DNA from: Candidatus Cloacimonadales bacterium | GTDB taxonomy: Bacteria; Cloacimonadota; Cloacimonadia; Cloacimonadales; JAFGVF01 | NCBI GenBank assembly: GCA_963662585.1 | Contig: OY759729.1 | Coordinates: 1,316,947-1,380,946 of the forward strand | Reading direction: 5' to 3' | Length of the DNA stretch: 64,000 nt | Shown: piece after piece, positions 1 through 9,886 of the stretch | How the letters are laid out: each line of letters starts with the position of its first letter | Position numbering within the stretch: position 1 is the stretch's first letter | The notes under the pieces: generated by a model | Told to the model about the DNA's origin: nothing | The model's input: the letters and a program-made list of their open reading frames with translations, nothing else | The model's database searches: none | Made by a program: the position numbers and the translations under genes

Positions 1-2
1 AA

Positions 3-2225
3 TCCATATACACTGCTTCTGAACTTAATCTAGGGGTTTCTCAGATTAATAAAATAGCTTATCAATATAATGGTAACAGCTCTTGGACTGATGCTATCGT
101 TATTTACATGGGAAATACTACTAAAACTAGTTTTACTTCTACCTCTGACTGGGTCTCTTCTACTAACCTAACTCAAGTCTATAGTGGTTCTTTCACAGCT
201 CCAGCAACTGCTGGCTGGATTGAAATAGAATTAGATACTCCTTTTCTTTATGATGGAACAAGTAATTTGGTTACTGGCTTTGATGAGAATACCTCAGGAT
301 GGCATAATAGTAGTGACGAATTCTACTGTTATGCAGCAGGTTCAAATAGAAGTATCTATTATTATGATGATTCCACAAATCCTAATCCTGTTTATCCTGT
401 TTTAGGAACAGTATCAAGTAATAATCCGAATATGAGAATCTTTGCTTCAGCTTACTCTACTGCACCAACACTATCTCTAAATACAAACAATATTGATTTT
501 GGTGCAGTTGCTTTAGGTAATCCAGTTTTCGAGACTCTAATTATCACCAATCAAGGTGGAGAAACTCTAACTGGAACAATAAGAGCAAATAATAGTTTTT
601 CAATCCAAAGTTCTGATAATTTAAGATCAAAAAAACAAATTATTGAAAATATTGAATCCACAACATCTTTGAGAAATATTGACTTCTCTATCAACTCTCT
701 ACAATCTAAAAGCTACATTATAAGCCATTCAACAGCTGGTTTAGGAGTATTCAATGGTTCTCTTGCTATTACTTCTAATGATTCTAACAACCAAGATATT
801 GAAATTCCTATTCGTCTGGAAGTAATTAATCCCGCTTCTATCAGTGTTAATCCTCAAAACATTGAATTAACCTTGCAAGCTCAGCAAACAGCAAACAGAG
901 ATTTAACTATAAATAATACAGGTGATCTTGCTTTAACATGCTCGCTAACACTTCAAGCTAATGAAAACAGAGATGTAACTGAAATATTCTCTGCTAACTT
1001 TGATGATAATGATTTAGCAGACTGGAGCATTGATTATCTTTATTCTGCTGACCATACTTGGCATATTGCTGATAACTATAGTAGCTCAAGTATAGATGGA
1101 AGCTCTTTCTTATTTATAAATAGCGATGCTGCTGGTCAAAATACTGAATTAAATGACACAATCGAAACGCCATCATTTAATATCAGTGCTTATGAAGAAG
1201 TTACTATAGAATTTGATCATTATTTTAATAGATATAGTGAAGAAATTGCTGATGTTGACTTCTGGACTGGTTCTGAATGGATTAATATTGGTCAATGGAT
1301 AGGGGAAAGTATTGGATACTGGTCTGCACCAAGTCATTTCACCTATACTTTAACCAATGAAGGATATAGTGATGTGAAACTCAGATTCCACTACTATGAT
1401 GCCAATTGGGTCTGGTATTGGGCTATTGATAATTTACTTGTTTCTGGAGAAGGTACTCCTGCCCCACAATGGGTAAGTCTGGATTCTGAATTTAATAACT
1501 TCACAATTTCACCTAATTCTAATGAGCCTGTTACTCTTAATTTTAACACTTTTGAATTAGAAGTTGGTCAATATACTGCAACCTTAAATATTCAATCAAA
1601 CTCTGCTACTAATAGCAGTATTGACATCCCAATTACACTAACTATTAGTGAATTAGAGAATGAACCAACTTGGGAACCTGTTATCTATCCTAACAACAGT
1701 GTTACTATTTACGCTGAAGTTACCCATTTGAGTAATGAAATAGCTGAAGATGATATTGTTTCTGCTTGGGTTGGAGATGAATGCCGTGGAATTGGTTCAA
1801 TAGTTCTTTTTGATAGAAGTCAAGCTTTCACGACTATTATAGTGCAGTCTAATGGAACAACTGAAAATGTTTACTTCAAACTTTATGACAGAAGCCAAGA
1901 TATAGTTATTGAAGAATCTAATTCTACTACTATTGCTAGTGGTCAAGTTGTTGGTTCTGAAGAAACTCCATTTCCTATTAATATAGGAATCATTGAGCTT
2001 ATTGTTCCTAATAACTTAGATGTAGAAATTTCTAACAGTATAGCAACCATAAACTGGCTTGCTGTACCTAATGCTGATTTCTATAAAGTATTCTACTCTT
2101 CAGATTTAGAGAACTGGACAGAATTAAGTCAGGTAAGTGGTACATCTTATGAACATACCCAACCGCGTAGTGAGGTTCACCTCTATAAAGTTAAAGCATT
2201 TAGGAATGAAAGAAGAAGAAATTAA
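3..2225 (+). CDS. Secreted multidomain surface/adhesin-like protein, 5' end cut by window edge
   Basis: The frame of listed ORF 108..2225 stays open back to nt 3 (SIYTASELNLGVSQINKIAYQYNGNSSWTDAIVIYMGNTT...), so the Met at 108 is internal. The sequence is Ser/Thr/Asn-rich and beta-type. It has a MAM/choice-of-anchor-like block (FDDNDLADWSIDY...WHIADNY...WYWAIDNLLVSG) and an FN3-like C-terminus (VPNADFYKVFYSSDLENWTEL). Confidence 0.6.
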   Translation, partial: SIYTASELNLGVSQINKIAYQYNGNSSWTDAIVIYMGNTTKTSFTSTSDWVSSTNLTQVYSGSFTAPATAGWIEIELDTPFLYDGTSNLVTGFDENTSGWHNSSDEFYCYAAGSNRSIYYYDDSTNPNPVYPVLGTVSSNNPNMRIFASAYSTAPTLSLNTNNIDFGAVALGNPVFETLIITNQGGETLTGTIRANNSFSIQSSDNLRSKKQIIENIESTTSLRNIDFSINSLQSKSYIISHSTAGLGVFNGSLAITSNDSNNQDIEIPIRLEVINPASISVNPQNIELTLQAQQTANRDLTINNTGDLALTCSLTLQANENRDVTEIFSANFDDNDLADWSIDYLYSADHTWHIADNYSSSSIDGSSFLFINSDAAGQNTELNDTIETPSFNISAYEEVTIEFDHYFNRYSEEIADVDFWTGSEWINIGQWIGESIGYWSAPSHFTYTLTNEGYSDVKLRFHYYDANWVWYWAIDNLLVSGEGTPAPQWVSLDSEFNNFTISPNSNEPVTLNFNTFELEVGQYTATLNIQSNSATNSSIDIPITLTISELENEPTWEPVIYPNNSVTIYAEVTHLSNEIAEDDIVSAWVGDECRGIGSIVLFDRSQAFTTIIVQSNGTTENVYFKLYDRSQDIVIEESNSTTIASGQVVGSEETPFPINIGIIELIVPNNLDVEISNSIATINWLAVPNADFYKVFYSSDLENWTELSQVSGTSYEHTQPRSEVHLYKVKAFRNERRRN

Positions 2226-2240
2226 TCAAACAGATAGAAT

Positions 2241-2275
2241 AAAAACCCTGCTGTAAACAGCAGGGTTTTCTATAT
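2241..2275. terminator. Bidirectional hairpin terminator between convergent genes
   Basis: AAAACCCTGCTG-taaa-CAGCAGGGTTTT is a perfect 12-bp stem flanked by an A-run and a T-run. Confidence 0.75.
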
Positions 2276-2303
2276 TCTATATTATGCCTATTAAGGCAAT
2301 AAA

Positions 2304-3968
2304 CTATAATCTACCTAAGACATCTTTTTCAACTGTAAGAGCTAACTGATTAGTATTTTCCCATAATTCTTTAGCTTTAGCTGATATTTCTTTCTTGAAG
2401 TCTTCATCATTAATTCCTGCCATATTAATCATCACATTAAGGTAGGCAGCTTTTGCTCCTGCGTTAGCAGTAATAGCTGCAACACCAGCATCAGAAAGCG
2501 CATTTGTGTTTCCGATAACTGCAACTTTTTCAGCTAATTGCACAGCATCCCAGCAGATTTCTAAAGTCTTGAGAGGAATTAGAATAGCATCTTTAGTTGC
2601 TTCTTCCATTGCCTGATCTCTCAGTTCTTTCTCTTCATCACTCTTTTTAGGAAGTTTCATAGCATCCATCATAATATAGAAAGCTTGAGTATCCTCATCT
2701 ATAGCAGAAAGAGATCTCTCTTTAATAGCTTGACCTTCTTCCCCAAATTTTCTTGCTTCAGCTTGAACTTTATCATAACCTTTCTTATCAACAGTGAGGT
2801 TAGAGACCATAGCAGAGAGAGCACCTGACATTGCTACACAAACAGCAGCAACTGATCCACCACCTGGTGCAGGAGAATCGGAGGCTAACTCATCGTTGAA
2901 TTGAGTAATAGTCATATTGACTAAGTCATTAGGATTTGCGATAGCATATTCAATAACTTTTTTATCTAAATCAAAATCAGCTAAGTCATCTAATCCCATA
3001 GATTTTACAGCTGTTTCCATAATTTTTCTTTCTGAAATACCTGCAGTTTCACCCATTTTCTTAAGATAGTATTTACCTGCACTTATAAGAGCTTCTTTAG
3101 GGGTAAGTCCTACTAACTCGGAACCAGTAACAAAAATACCTTTTGCTAAAGCTAATTCTCTTACTTTATCTAACACTTCATGCACAGGAGTGATTTTATA
3201 ATTAGTTAAATTGATAGAAATCTGAGCTCTATCATATTCATCAATAAACCAACCTACAGCTTTGCATTCTTTAAAGATACCTGCTTGCATAACTTTGTTA
3301 CCATCTGCATCTTTGATTAATTTGCCTTTTGCATCACGAGCTGGACGGCCTTTTTCTCTAATATCAAGAGCGATATCATGAGCTTTGGCTTTATCGCGAG
3401 TATTTAAATTTATATTATAAGCAATTAAGAATTCTCTTACACCAATAGCAGTTGCACCTGATTTTGCATTAAATACTTGAGGACCAAAGTCTGGTTTCCA
3501 AGCTGGATCCTGCATTTTTTTAGGAAGGGCTTCATATTCACCTTTTCTGATATTGGCAAGATTTTTCCATTCAGGTTTAGAAGCAGAATATTCATAAAGA
3601 TAAATAGGAATACCTAATTCTTCCCCAACTCTTTTTCCTAATTTTTTAGAGTATTCAATACACTCTTCCATTGAAACATCAGAAATAGGAATAAGAGGGC
3701 AAACATCAGTAGCACCCATTCTTGAGTGAGTTCCATGATGTTTACTCATATCAATAAGTTCGCCTGCTTTTTTAATTGCTTGAAAAGCAGCTTCTATCAC
3801 TGCATCAGGAGTTCCAACGAAAGTAAATACTGTTCGATTAGTTTCTGCTCCTGGATCTACATCTAAGAGAGTAACATTATTAACAGAACATATTGAAGCA
3901 GAAATTGCATCTAATATCTTCTTATCACAACCTTCACTAAAATTAGGAACGCATTCGATAAGTTTCAT
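2304..3968 (-). CDS. ftcD: Bifunctional glutamate formimidoyltransferase / formimidoyltetrahydrofolate cyclodeaminase
   Basis: The N-terminus MKLIECVPNFSEG is typical of formimidoyltransferases. The C-terminal helical domain carries PAPGGGSVAA, typical of the cyclodeaminase domain. A GGAGGA RBS lies upstream. Confidence 0.85.
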   Translation of the reverse strand: MKLIECVPNFSEGCDKKILDAISASICSVNNVTLLDVDPGAETNRTVFTFVGTPDAVIEAAFQAIKKAGELIDMSKHHGTHSRMGATDVCPLIPISDVSMEECIEYSKKLGKRVGEELGIPIYLYEYSASKPEWKNLANIRKGEYEALPKKMQDPAWKPDFGPQVFNAKSGATAIGVREFLIAYNINLNTRDKAKAHDIALDIREKGRPARDAKGKLIKDADGNKVMQAGIFKECKAVGWFIDEYDRAQISINLTNYKITPVHEVLDKVRELALAKGIFVTGSELVGLTPKEALISAGKYYLKKMGETAGISERKIMETAVKSMGLDDLADFDLDKKVIEYAIANPNDLVNMTITQFNDELASDSPAPGGGSVAAVCVAMSGALSAMVSNLTVDKKGYDKVQAEARKFGEEGQAIKERSLSAIDEDTQAFYIMMDAMKLPKKSDEEKELRDQAMEEATKDAILIPLKTLEICWDAVQLAEKVAVIGNTNALSDAGVAAITANAGAKAAYLNVMINMAGINDEDFKKEISAKAKELWENTNQLALTVEKDVLGRL

Positions 3969-3998
3969 AAATTCCTCCGAATTATTTTGATTTTATAG

Positions 3999-5237
3999 TT
4001 ATTTTTTTAATTTCTTTAATTTAATTTTTTCTATTTTTCTTTCTGTTGCTTGAATAATCTGAATCCTAAATCCTTCGATATTAATATATTGACCTAGTTT
4101 AGGAATTCTCTCAATAGTATCAATTATTAGTCCTGCTAGAGTTTTGTAGTTTCCTTCAGGTAAATCAAGATCATATTCATCGTTAAGATCATCGACTTCA
4201 CAATCAGCATTAATGATATAAGTATCTTCACTTATTTTAACGACATCTGAAGAATCATCTTCGTGGTCATATTCATCTTCTATATCACCCACAATCTCTT
4301 CCATAATATCTTCAAAAGTAACTATTCCCGAAGTTCCTCCATAAGAGTCCACTACAATAGTCATACTCTTTTTCTGCTTTTGCATCTCTTGCATTAAGAA
4401 ATTTAAGCTAATATTCTCAGGAGAAAAATAGGGGTCTCTGATTAAGTCTTTTGCCACGGCATCTGGCTTTAAATCTCTCTTTAAGATATCATAGATAATT
4501 AGGATTCCAGTAATGTTATCAATTGTTTCAGAATAGACTGGATAGCGGGTAAAACCTTCTTCTCTTACGACTTCGATGATCTCGGCAATAGGAGTACTCT
4601 CTTCAAAACCAATAATATCTCTTCTAGGTACCATAATATCTTCGGCAGTAAGAGTATTAAATTCTAACATTTCTTCCAGCATCTCTTTTTGAGGATGAGT
4701 AATATTTTTATCCTCTTTAGTATTGGAGAGAAAGAGCGCTAAGTCGTCTTTTGTTAAATAAGAAAGGGAGTGAGGTCCGCTAATATTGAATCTTTTATAG
4801 AGCCAATCATTTAGCCAAGTAACTACTGCCACAAATGGTTTGAGGAGAAAGTAAGCTACCTTTAGAAAAGAGAAAGTTCTTGGTACTAATAAGTTTGAAT
4901 AATCTCTGAAAACTATCTTAGGTACTATCTCTCCAATCAGAAAGACTAATCCACCAATAAGCAATGAGACATATTCTTGTTTAAAGAAATTACTATTATG
5001 AGCAATAACTGTCGCTACTGCTGCTAAAAGTATGTTAACTATATTATTACCTATCAGAATAGTTCCAAAGAACTTATCAGGTTTAGAAACAAAATTCAAG
5101 AGTTCCCTCTTCCCTTTATGAGTTTTGGCATCTTTTTCTAAGCGAAGCATATCCAAAGAGACTATTCCTGTCTCTAAGCCTGAGAATAAAAATGAGAGCA
5201 GAAACAATACAATAAGTACTACAATATTCAGTAACAT
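3999..5237 (-). CDS. CNNM/CorC-family transporter (DUF21 - CBS pair - CorC_HlyC)
   Basis: There is an N-terminal multi-TM region, a central CBS-pair-like region (TAEDIMVPRRDIIGFE...) and a C-terminal transporter-associated domain (FRIQIIQATERKIEKIKL). Confidence 0.8.
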   Translation of the reverse strand: MLLNIVVLIVLFLLSFLFSGLETGIVSLDMLRLEKDAKTHKGKRELLNFVSKPDKFFGTILIGNNIVNILLAAVATVIAHNSNFFKQEYVSLLIGGLVFLIGEIVPKIVFRDYSNLLVPRTFSFLKVAYFLLKPFVAVVTWLNDWLYKRFNISGPHSLSYLTKDDLALFLSNTKEDKNITHPQKEMLEEMLEFNTLTAEDIMVPRRDIIGFEESTPIAEIIEVVREEGFTRYPVYSETIDNITGILIIYDILKRDLKPDAVAKDLIRDPYFSPENISLNFLMQEMQKQKKSMTIVVDSYGGTSGIVTFEDIMEEIVGDIEDEYDHEDDSSDVVKISEDTYIINADCEVDDLNDEYDLDLPEGNYKTLAGLIIDTIERIPKLGQYINIEGFRIQIIQATERKIEKIKLKKLKK

Positions 5238-5261
5238 TTTCCTACTTCTTAATTATTATTG

Positions 5262-6329
5262 TTAGCTATTAATTTGTTCATTTTTGTAAGCAATTTTAAG
5301 TGCTTCAATGAACTCGTTAATATCTCCTGCCATTATTTGATCGAACTTATATGATGTCAAATTAATTCTGTGATCTGTCACTCTAGATTGAGGAAAATTA
5401 TAGGTTCTAATCTTGGCACTTCTATCACCGGTACCAACTTGAGACTTTCTAGTTGCAGAAATTTCAGCTTCTTGCTTAGCAATTTCCATATCAAGTAATC
5501 TTGATCTAAGTACTTTCATTGCTTTATCTTTATTTTTAATCTGAGATTTCTCATCTTGACAGGTAATGACTAAGCCTGTAGGTAAATGAGTAATTCTCAC
5601 AGCTGAATCTGTAGTGTTAACACTCTGACCACCATTTCCTGATGATCTATAAACATCTATTTTCAAATCATTTTGATTAACTTCTACATCCACATCATCA
5701 GCTTCTGGGAGAACTGCCACTGAGATTGCTGAAGTGTGAATTCTGCCACTTGCTTCTGTCTCTGGAACTCTCTGAACACGGTGAACACCAGACTCAAATC
5801 TCATTGTCCCAAAAACATTCTCACCTCTCAACATAAAGGTTACTTCTTTATAACCACCTTTATCAGTCATGTTAGAAGTTAATACTTCCTGCTTCCAACC
5901 CTGATTTCCAGCAAAATAACTATACATTCTAAAGAGGTCTGCTGCAAAAAGAGCAGCTTCATCTCCACCTGTTCCTGCTCGGATTTCAACGATAACATCC
6001 TTGTCATCATTAGGGTCTCTAGGAGCTAGCATCTCTTTAAGAGTCTCTGATAATTCTTCTAATTTTTCTTCCGACTCCTCAATATCCATCTTGGCTAACT
6101 CTTGCATCTCTTTATCTTTTTCGTGAGCTAATAGTCCTTTGGAATCTTTAATATTCTGTTCGACTTCTAAATACTCTCTATTAACTGCTAAAATCTCTTC
6201 TAGTTCTTTAAATCTCTTAGAAATTTTTCCATAGATTCTTCTATCTGACATGATTTTTTGGTCATATACTTGTTCTCTTAATTGGCTATGTTCTTCTATG
6301 AGAGCTTCCAATTTATCTTGCGGTATCAT
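5262..6329 (-). CDS. prfA: Peptide chain release factor 1
   Basis: GGQ motif ([23 protein letters not shown]) and RF1-type PxT region ([17 protein letters not shown]). Confidence 0.9.
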   Translation of the reverse strand: MIPQDKLEALIEEHSQLREQVYDQKIMSDRRIYGKISKRFKELEEILAVNREYLEVEQNIKDSKGLLAHEKDKEMQELAKMDIEESEEKLEELSETLKEMLAPRDPNDDKDVIVEIRAGTGGDEAALFAADLFRMYSYFAGNQGWKQEVLTSNMTDKGGYKEVTFMLRGENVFGTMRFESGVHRVQRVPETEASGRIHTSAISVAVLPEADDVDVEVNQNDLKIDVYRSSGNGGQSVNTTDSAVRITHLPTGLVITCQDEKSQIKNKDKAMKVLRSRLLDMEIAKQEAEISATRKSQVGTGDRSAKIRTYNFPQSRVTDHRINLTSYKFDQIMAGDINEFIEALKIAYKNEQINS

Positions 6330-6343
6330 TCAATACTCCTAAA

Positions 6344-7291
6344 TTATTTATCTAAGATTGTTAAATTTTCGTAATCTGTTACATCTATATCTAAGGCTGA
6401 TTTCATAGCCACAACTGCACATTCAATCATTTCATCACTAGGTGCTTGGGTAGTTATCCTCTGCAAAGCTAATCCAGGGAAAGTAAATAATTTAACCAAA
6501 GGGTTGTTAATATTTTTTCCTGAGAATTTTAATACTTCATAAGATATACCTGACACTAAAGGAATTAGTGGAAAATGTATAAGTAATCTCTGCCACCACA
6601 TTATTTTCTCAATCCAGTACATTTGAACTAATGTATCAACTATGGAAAACAGCAAAATAGCAATTAACATTACTAAGAAGATAAAGCTTGTTCCACAGCG
6701 AGGATGAAGAGTAGTGAACTTTTGGACACTTGCAGAATCTAAATCAGACTGCTTCTCCCAGGCATGAACACTCTTATGTTCTGCCCCATGGTATTGAAAC
6801 ACCCGTTTTACATCTTTTAATTTACTAATAGCCCACACATATCCGATAAAAAATGTTATTCTAATCGAACCTGCTAAAAGATTAAATAGAGCATTATTAT
6901 CCATTTTCTGACTTAAGAAATAAGGTACTACCCCAAAGAGAAGAATTGCAAATCCAAAGGCAAAAACATAAGAAAAAAACTCTTCACTCTTCTTTCTGAA
7001 ATCAGACTTGGCTGCTTCTTTCTCATCAACAAAATCTAATTCATATCTTGAAGCAGAAAAAGTTAAAGTCTTTACTCCGATTATCATCATCTCTATCAAA
7101 GATGCGAATCCACGAATTAAGGGGATCCCTAATATTTTAACTCTTTTAGTTATACTATCAAATTTCTCTTTCTTTAATTCTAAAGAACCATCTTTCCTTC
7201 TTACACAGGTTGCTATATGCTCAGGACCTCGCATCATTACGCCTTCTATGACAGCTTGACCACCAATGGCAATCTCTTTCACTTTACCCAT
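6344..7291 (-). CDS. DUF1385-family membrane protein
   Basis: N-terminal GGQAVIEGVMMRG and HGAEHK motifs, multiple TM helices, and the typical neighbourhood between rpmE and prfA. Confidence 0.75.
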   Translation of the reverse strand: MGKVKEIAIGGQAVIEGVMMRGPEHIATCVRRKDGSLELKKEKFDSITKRVKILGIPLIRGFASLIEMMIIGVKTLTFSASRYELDFVDEKEAAKSDFRKKSEEFFSYVFAFGFAILLFGVVPYFLSQKMDNNALFNLLAGSIRITFFIGYVWAISKLKDVKRVFQYHGAEHKSVHAWEKQSDLDSASVQKFTTLHPRCGTSFIFLVMLIAILLFSIVDTLVQMYWIEKIMWWQRLLIHFPLIPLVSGISYEVLKFSGKNINNPLVKLFTFPGLALQRITTQAPSDEMIECAVVAMKSALDIDVTDYENLTILDK

Positions 7292-7364
7292 TTTTCAATC
7301 CTTTTGCTATTATAAAAAAAACACCACAGGCGTAACGCTACTGTGGTGCAAAATTGTAAAAAAT

Positions 7365-7571
7365 CTACTTTTTGTCTTTGCTATATTTTTGTTTGAACTT
7401 CTCTACACGACCTGCGGTATCAAGAAGTTTTTCTTTTCCGGTATAGAATGGATGGCATTCATTACAGATTGATACATTGATATCACCTGTTGTAGATTTA
7501 GTTTCAAAAATGTTTCCACACATACATGTAACTTTAACTTTTTTATAGTTAGGATGGATTCCTTCTTTCAT
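7365..7571 (-). CDS. rpmE: 50S ribosomal protein L31
   Basis: [20 protein letters not shown]...CHPFYTGK. The second ATG (7571) has better spacing to the AGGAG RBS than the listed 7574. Confidence 0.9.
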   Translation of the reverse strand: MKEGIHPNYKKVKVTCMCGNIFETKSTTGDINVSICNECHPFYTGKEKLLDTAGRVEKFKQKYSKDKK

Positions 7572-7905
7572 CATTTACTCCTATTTATTATCATTAATTA
7601 TTATTCTATTGCTTCTTACAATTTCGTAGTTAACATAAAATTCTTTCCCCATGAATATGTCAATATTTTTTATTAAGTTTTTATGGATTTACTTATTTTC
7701 CCTTAAGTTTCCGCACTCAAAATTTCTTAAATCCTAGACTTGTTACGAGTTTAAGTGGAGTATGTTCTTTTTCTTTAATCTCATTTCACTTAGCCCTTCA
7801 CAACAATTATTCACTAAGTTAGCTACTACAAATTACCCAGTTGGGTATATTGAAAGAAAACATAGATTTAAAGTTCCAAAGTCAGTAGATGCAGGATGTT
7901 TCAAT

Positions 7906-8151
7906 CTAACTAATTCTTTTTATTTTAACAATCGTTATAGTAATAATTATAACAGCTAAAAAAGCTCCTATACTAGTTCCCAGTTTATTTTCAGGACTTC
8001 CTTTTAGTAGAACTATTGTTAAAACTATGAGTGAACTAACTGAAGTTAATACAATTTCTTTGATAGATGCTTTATTATTAATATATAATCTATAGTTGAT
8101 TAGTGAAACTACTATAAAGGCAATCGGGATAATTAATATTCTGTACCACAT
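7906..8151 (-). CDS. Small hydrophobic membrane protein (2-3 TM), unknown function
   Basis: 81-aa ORF, almost entirely hydrophobic helices, only 3 nt downstream of the preceding small gene. Confidence 0.4.
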   Translation of the reverse strand: MWYRILIIPIAFIVVSLINYRLYINNKASIKEIVLTSVSSLIVLTIVLLKGSPENKLGTSIGAFLAVIIITITIVKIKRIS

Positions 8152-8154
8152 AAC

Positions 8155-8430
8155 TTAATCTTCTATCAGTGCATATCCTGCAACAGCCATTTCTACGGCA
8201 AATTGTACTTTCCAGTGACAAGAGCCAGTAACCCCTCCTACAACGACACCAATTACAGCCCCAACAGGTCCTGCAATTGCGGTTCCTGTAAGACCTCCAA
8301 TAATTGCACCTCTCAAATCATTCATCCACGAAATTCGTAAATTATTATAATCATACGGATTAACAACTCCAATGTAGATATCGTCTATTAAAACATCCCA
8401 TTTAGACGAATTTATCTTCCAATATAACAT
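8155..8430 (-). CDS. Small glycine-zipper protein, unknown function
   Basis: 91-aa ORF with an extended GxxxG-type glycine-zipper segment (RGAIIGGLTGTAIAGPVGAVIGVVVGGVTGS). Confidence 0.4.
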   Translation of the reverse strand: MLYWKINSSKWDVLIDDIYIGVVNPYDYNNLRISWMNDLRGAIIGGLTGTAIAGPVGAVIGVVVGGVTGSCHWKVQFAVEMAVAGYALIED

Positions 8431-8452
8431 AGATGAGTGAGCAAGATCAAGA

Positions 8453-8644
8453 TTATTGAAATAAATCTGAATAATCTCTCTTTAGAGAATTATATATCTC
8501 ATCTAAACACTGCTTATACTGTTCGCCAGCCGACAGTTTCGAACTGCTAGTTGGTGTTATCTGAATTTTAGAAATTGCAGATTGGTTATCACATGACATG
8601 CATATAGTTAAAGCGACTGTAACAACAATTAACATAATAATCAT
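8453..8644 (-). CDS. Small putative lipoprotein/secreted peptide
   Basis: 63-aa ORF with a signal-like N-terminus ending in a lipobox-like ...ALTICMSC. Confidence 0.35.
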   Translation of the reverse strand: MIIMLIVVTVALTICMSCDNQSAISKIQITPTSSSKLSAGEQYKQCLDEIYNSLKRDYSDLFQ

Positions 8645-8864
8645 CTTTTTTATAAGATTTCCTTTATTTCATATTCCGAAATACTAGAGATAATGTCTAG
8701 TAATATTTTATTCATATGAGCTCCAAAACACAATTTTATTTTTTCTTGTCAAAAACTAATTTGCTTTTTTTTATAAACATGATTTAGTGTGCTGGGAAAT
8801 ATTTTCGGGAACTAAAGAAATTAACATTATTGTCTTCGTTAAGACCAAGAACTTGAGTATTAGA

Positions 8865-8896
8865 GATGGAGTGACAAAGAGATGGAATGACAAAGA
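8865..8896. repeat. Two tandem 16-bp repeats
   Basis: GATGGAGTGACAAAGA followed directly by GATGGAATGACAAAGA. Confidence 0.8.
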
Positions 8897-9204
8897 TAAG
8901 GGTATTTTCACACCAATAAACGCGAACTAAAAGAAGAGAAGAGTAAAGACTTCTTCTGTCGGACGGTGGAGATTCTCTCCGCCTCATTGCAAGGCAATGA
9001 CAATCTTAATTCTTCTCTTCTGTCGGACGGTGAACATCTTGTCCGTCTTATATTGTTGACTAACTTATAAATAGATTAGAAACTGAGTATATCTTCTTAT
9101 ATACCTTTTCAAGAGGGGAACTTAGTTGGGTGTTTCTTCTAAGATGGCGAATAATGATTAGCCCCTATAATTCGCAATAGAATAGAAGGCTATGAAGGAA
9201 GAAT

Positions 9205-9330
9205 TAAGATTCACGGACTAAAGGTCCGTAACCCCAGAAAAGAAGATTCACGGACTAAAGGTCCGTAACCCCAGAAAAGAAGATTCACGGACTAAAAGTC
9301 CGTAAACCCAGATAAGAAGATTCATAGACC
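9205..9330. repeat. 37-bp tandem repeat, about 3.3 copies, each with a small hairpin
   Basis: The TCACGGAC motif recurs at 9211, 9248 and 9285, with a degenerate copy at 9322 (period 37). The unit ATTCACGGACTAAAGGTCCGTAACCCCAGAAAAGAAG contains the inverted repeat ACGGAC-taaag-GTCCGT. Confidence 0.85.
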
Positions 9331-9568
9331 CTCTTTTTTTCTAAAGAAAATTATAACTTATCCTTATACTCTAACTTATCAGGTGTAATATTCTTAAGCT
9401 TTGTTTCATGAATTAGGTGTTTAATTACTCCTCCAAGCCTATATTAAATGAACTTCAGGTATGGGCCTACTGCATCATCTGTATTAAACAAAAAAAATAT
9501 TGCCTAATTATGACATTTAAATTAATTTGATTTAAAATATAATTTTACACTCAAAAGAGGAAAAAGCA

Positions 9569-9847
9569 ATGTATAAATTAGATGACAAACATTTAGAAAT
9601 GGCAAAGGAAATAGTCCTATCAGCACGCAAGAAAAAGAATTGCAAAGTGTGTTATGATAGGGGATATATTGGCGTAAATCAGCAAAATATGGTAGTAATT
9701 TGCCATAAATGTGTTGATGCAGATAAGGCGACAGAAGAGTGGAAAAAATATGTTCAAGCAAATGAAGATTTGATGGAACATTATGAAGAGTTCTTCGAGG
9801 AAGAAGCAGATAATCAAGAAGAAGAAGCTTCAGTAGAAGAGAAGTAA
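9569..9847 (+). CDS. Small zinc-ribbon-like protein with acidic tail, unknown function
   Basis: Two CxxC pairs (CKVC...CHKC), a C-terminal Glu-rich tail, and an AGAGGAAAAAGCA-ATG RBS. Confidence 0.45.
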   Translation: MYKLDDKHLEMAKEIVLSARKKKNCKVCYDRGYIGVNQQNMVVICHKCVDADKATEEWKKYVQANEDLMEHYEEFFEEEADNQEEEASVEEK

Positions 9848-9886
9848 TTATTAAAAAATAGTTTTATTTAGATAAAAGGAAAACAG

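Noticed and set aside
5700-5760. RF1 anticodon tripeptide reads PET instead of the common PAT/PVT
   Set aside because: The motif is PxT with a variable middle residue. The rest of RF1, including GGQ, is intact, and nothing in the window suggests altered stop-codon usage.
7008-7472. Plus-strand ORFs 7008..7259 and 7266..7472, and similar antisense ORFs elsewhere (10035..10232, 14442..14627, 16688..16906, 19421..19743, 20849..21403, 22900..24359, 39098..39415, 40598..41353, 48011..48196, 50043..50264, 52332..52721, 53704..55072, 55822..56073, 57104..57361, 57611..57829, 61915..62379, 63022..63216)
   Set aside because: Each lies entirely within or opposite a confidently identified gene. The last one is out of frame within the NtrC-type gene. 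None has recognisable motifs.
7575-7905. ORF 7762..7959 and the surrounding region upstream of rpmE
   Set aside because: It is a short Phe/Asn-rich ORF that overlaps the end of a minus-strand gene. It has no RBS or motif and is treated as noncoding promoter region.
8784-8987. 67-aa ORF on the minus strand
   Set aside because: It runs through the repeat/hairpin region, has an Arg/Ser-rich low-complexity N-terminus and lacks a convincing RBS. It is most likely a chance ORF in noncoding DNA.
9205-9330. 37-bp periodic repeats considered as a CRISPR array or a type III toxin-antitoxin (ToxI-like) antitoxin array
   Set aside because: The copies are directly adjacent with no spacers, so this is not a CRISPR array, and no cas genes are present. 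No ToxN/AbiQ-like ORF lies on either side, so a type III TA cannot be supported. It is kept only as an unexplained tandem repeat.
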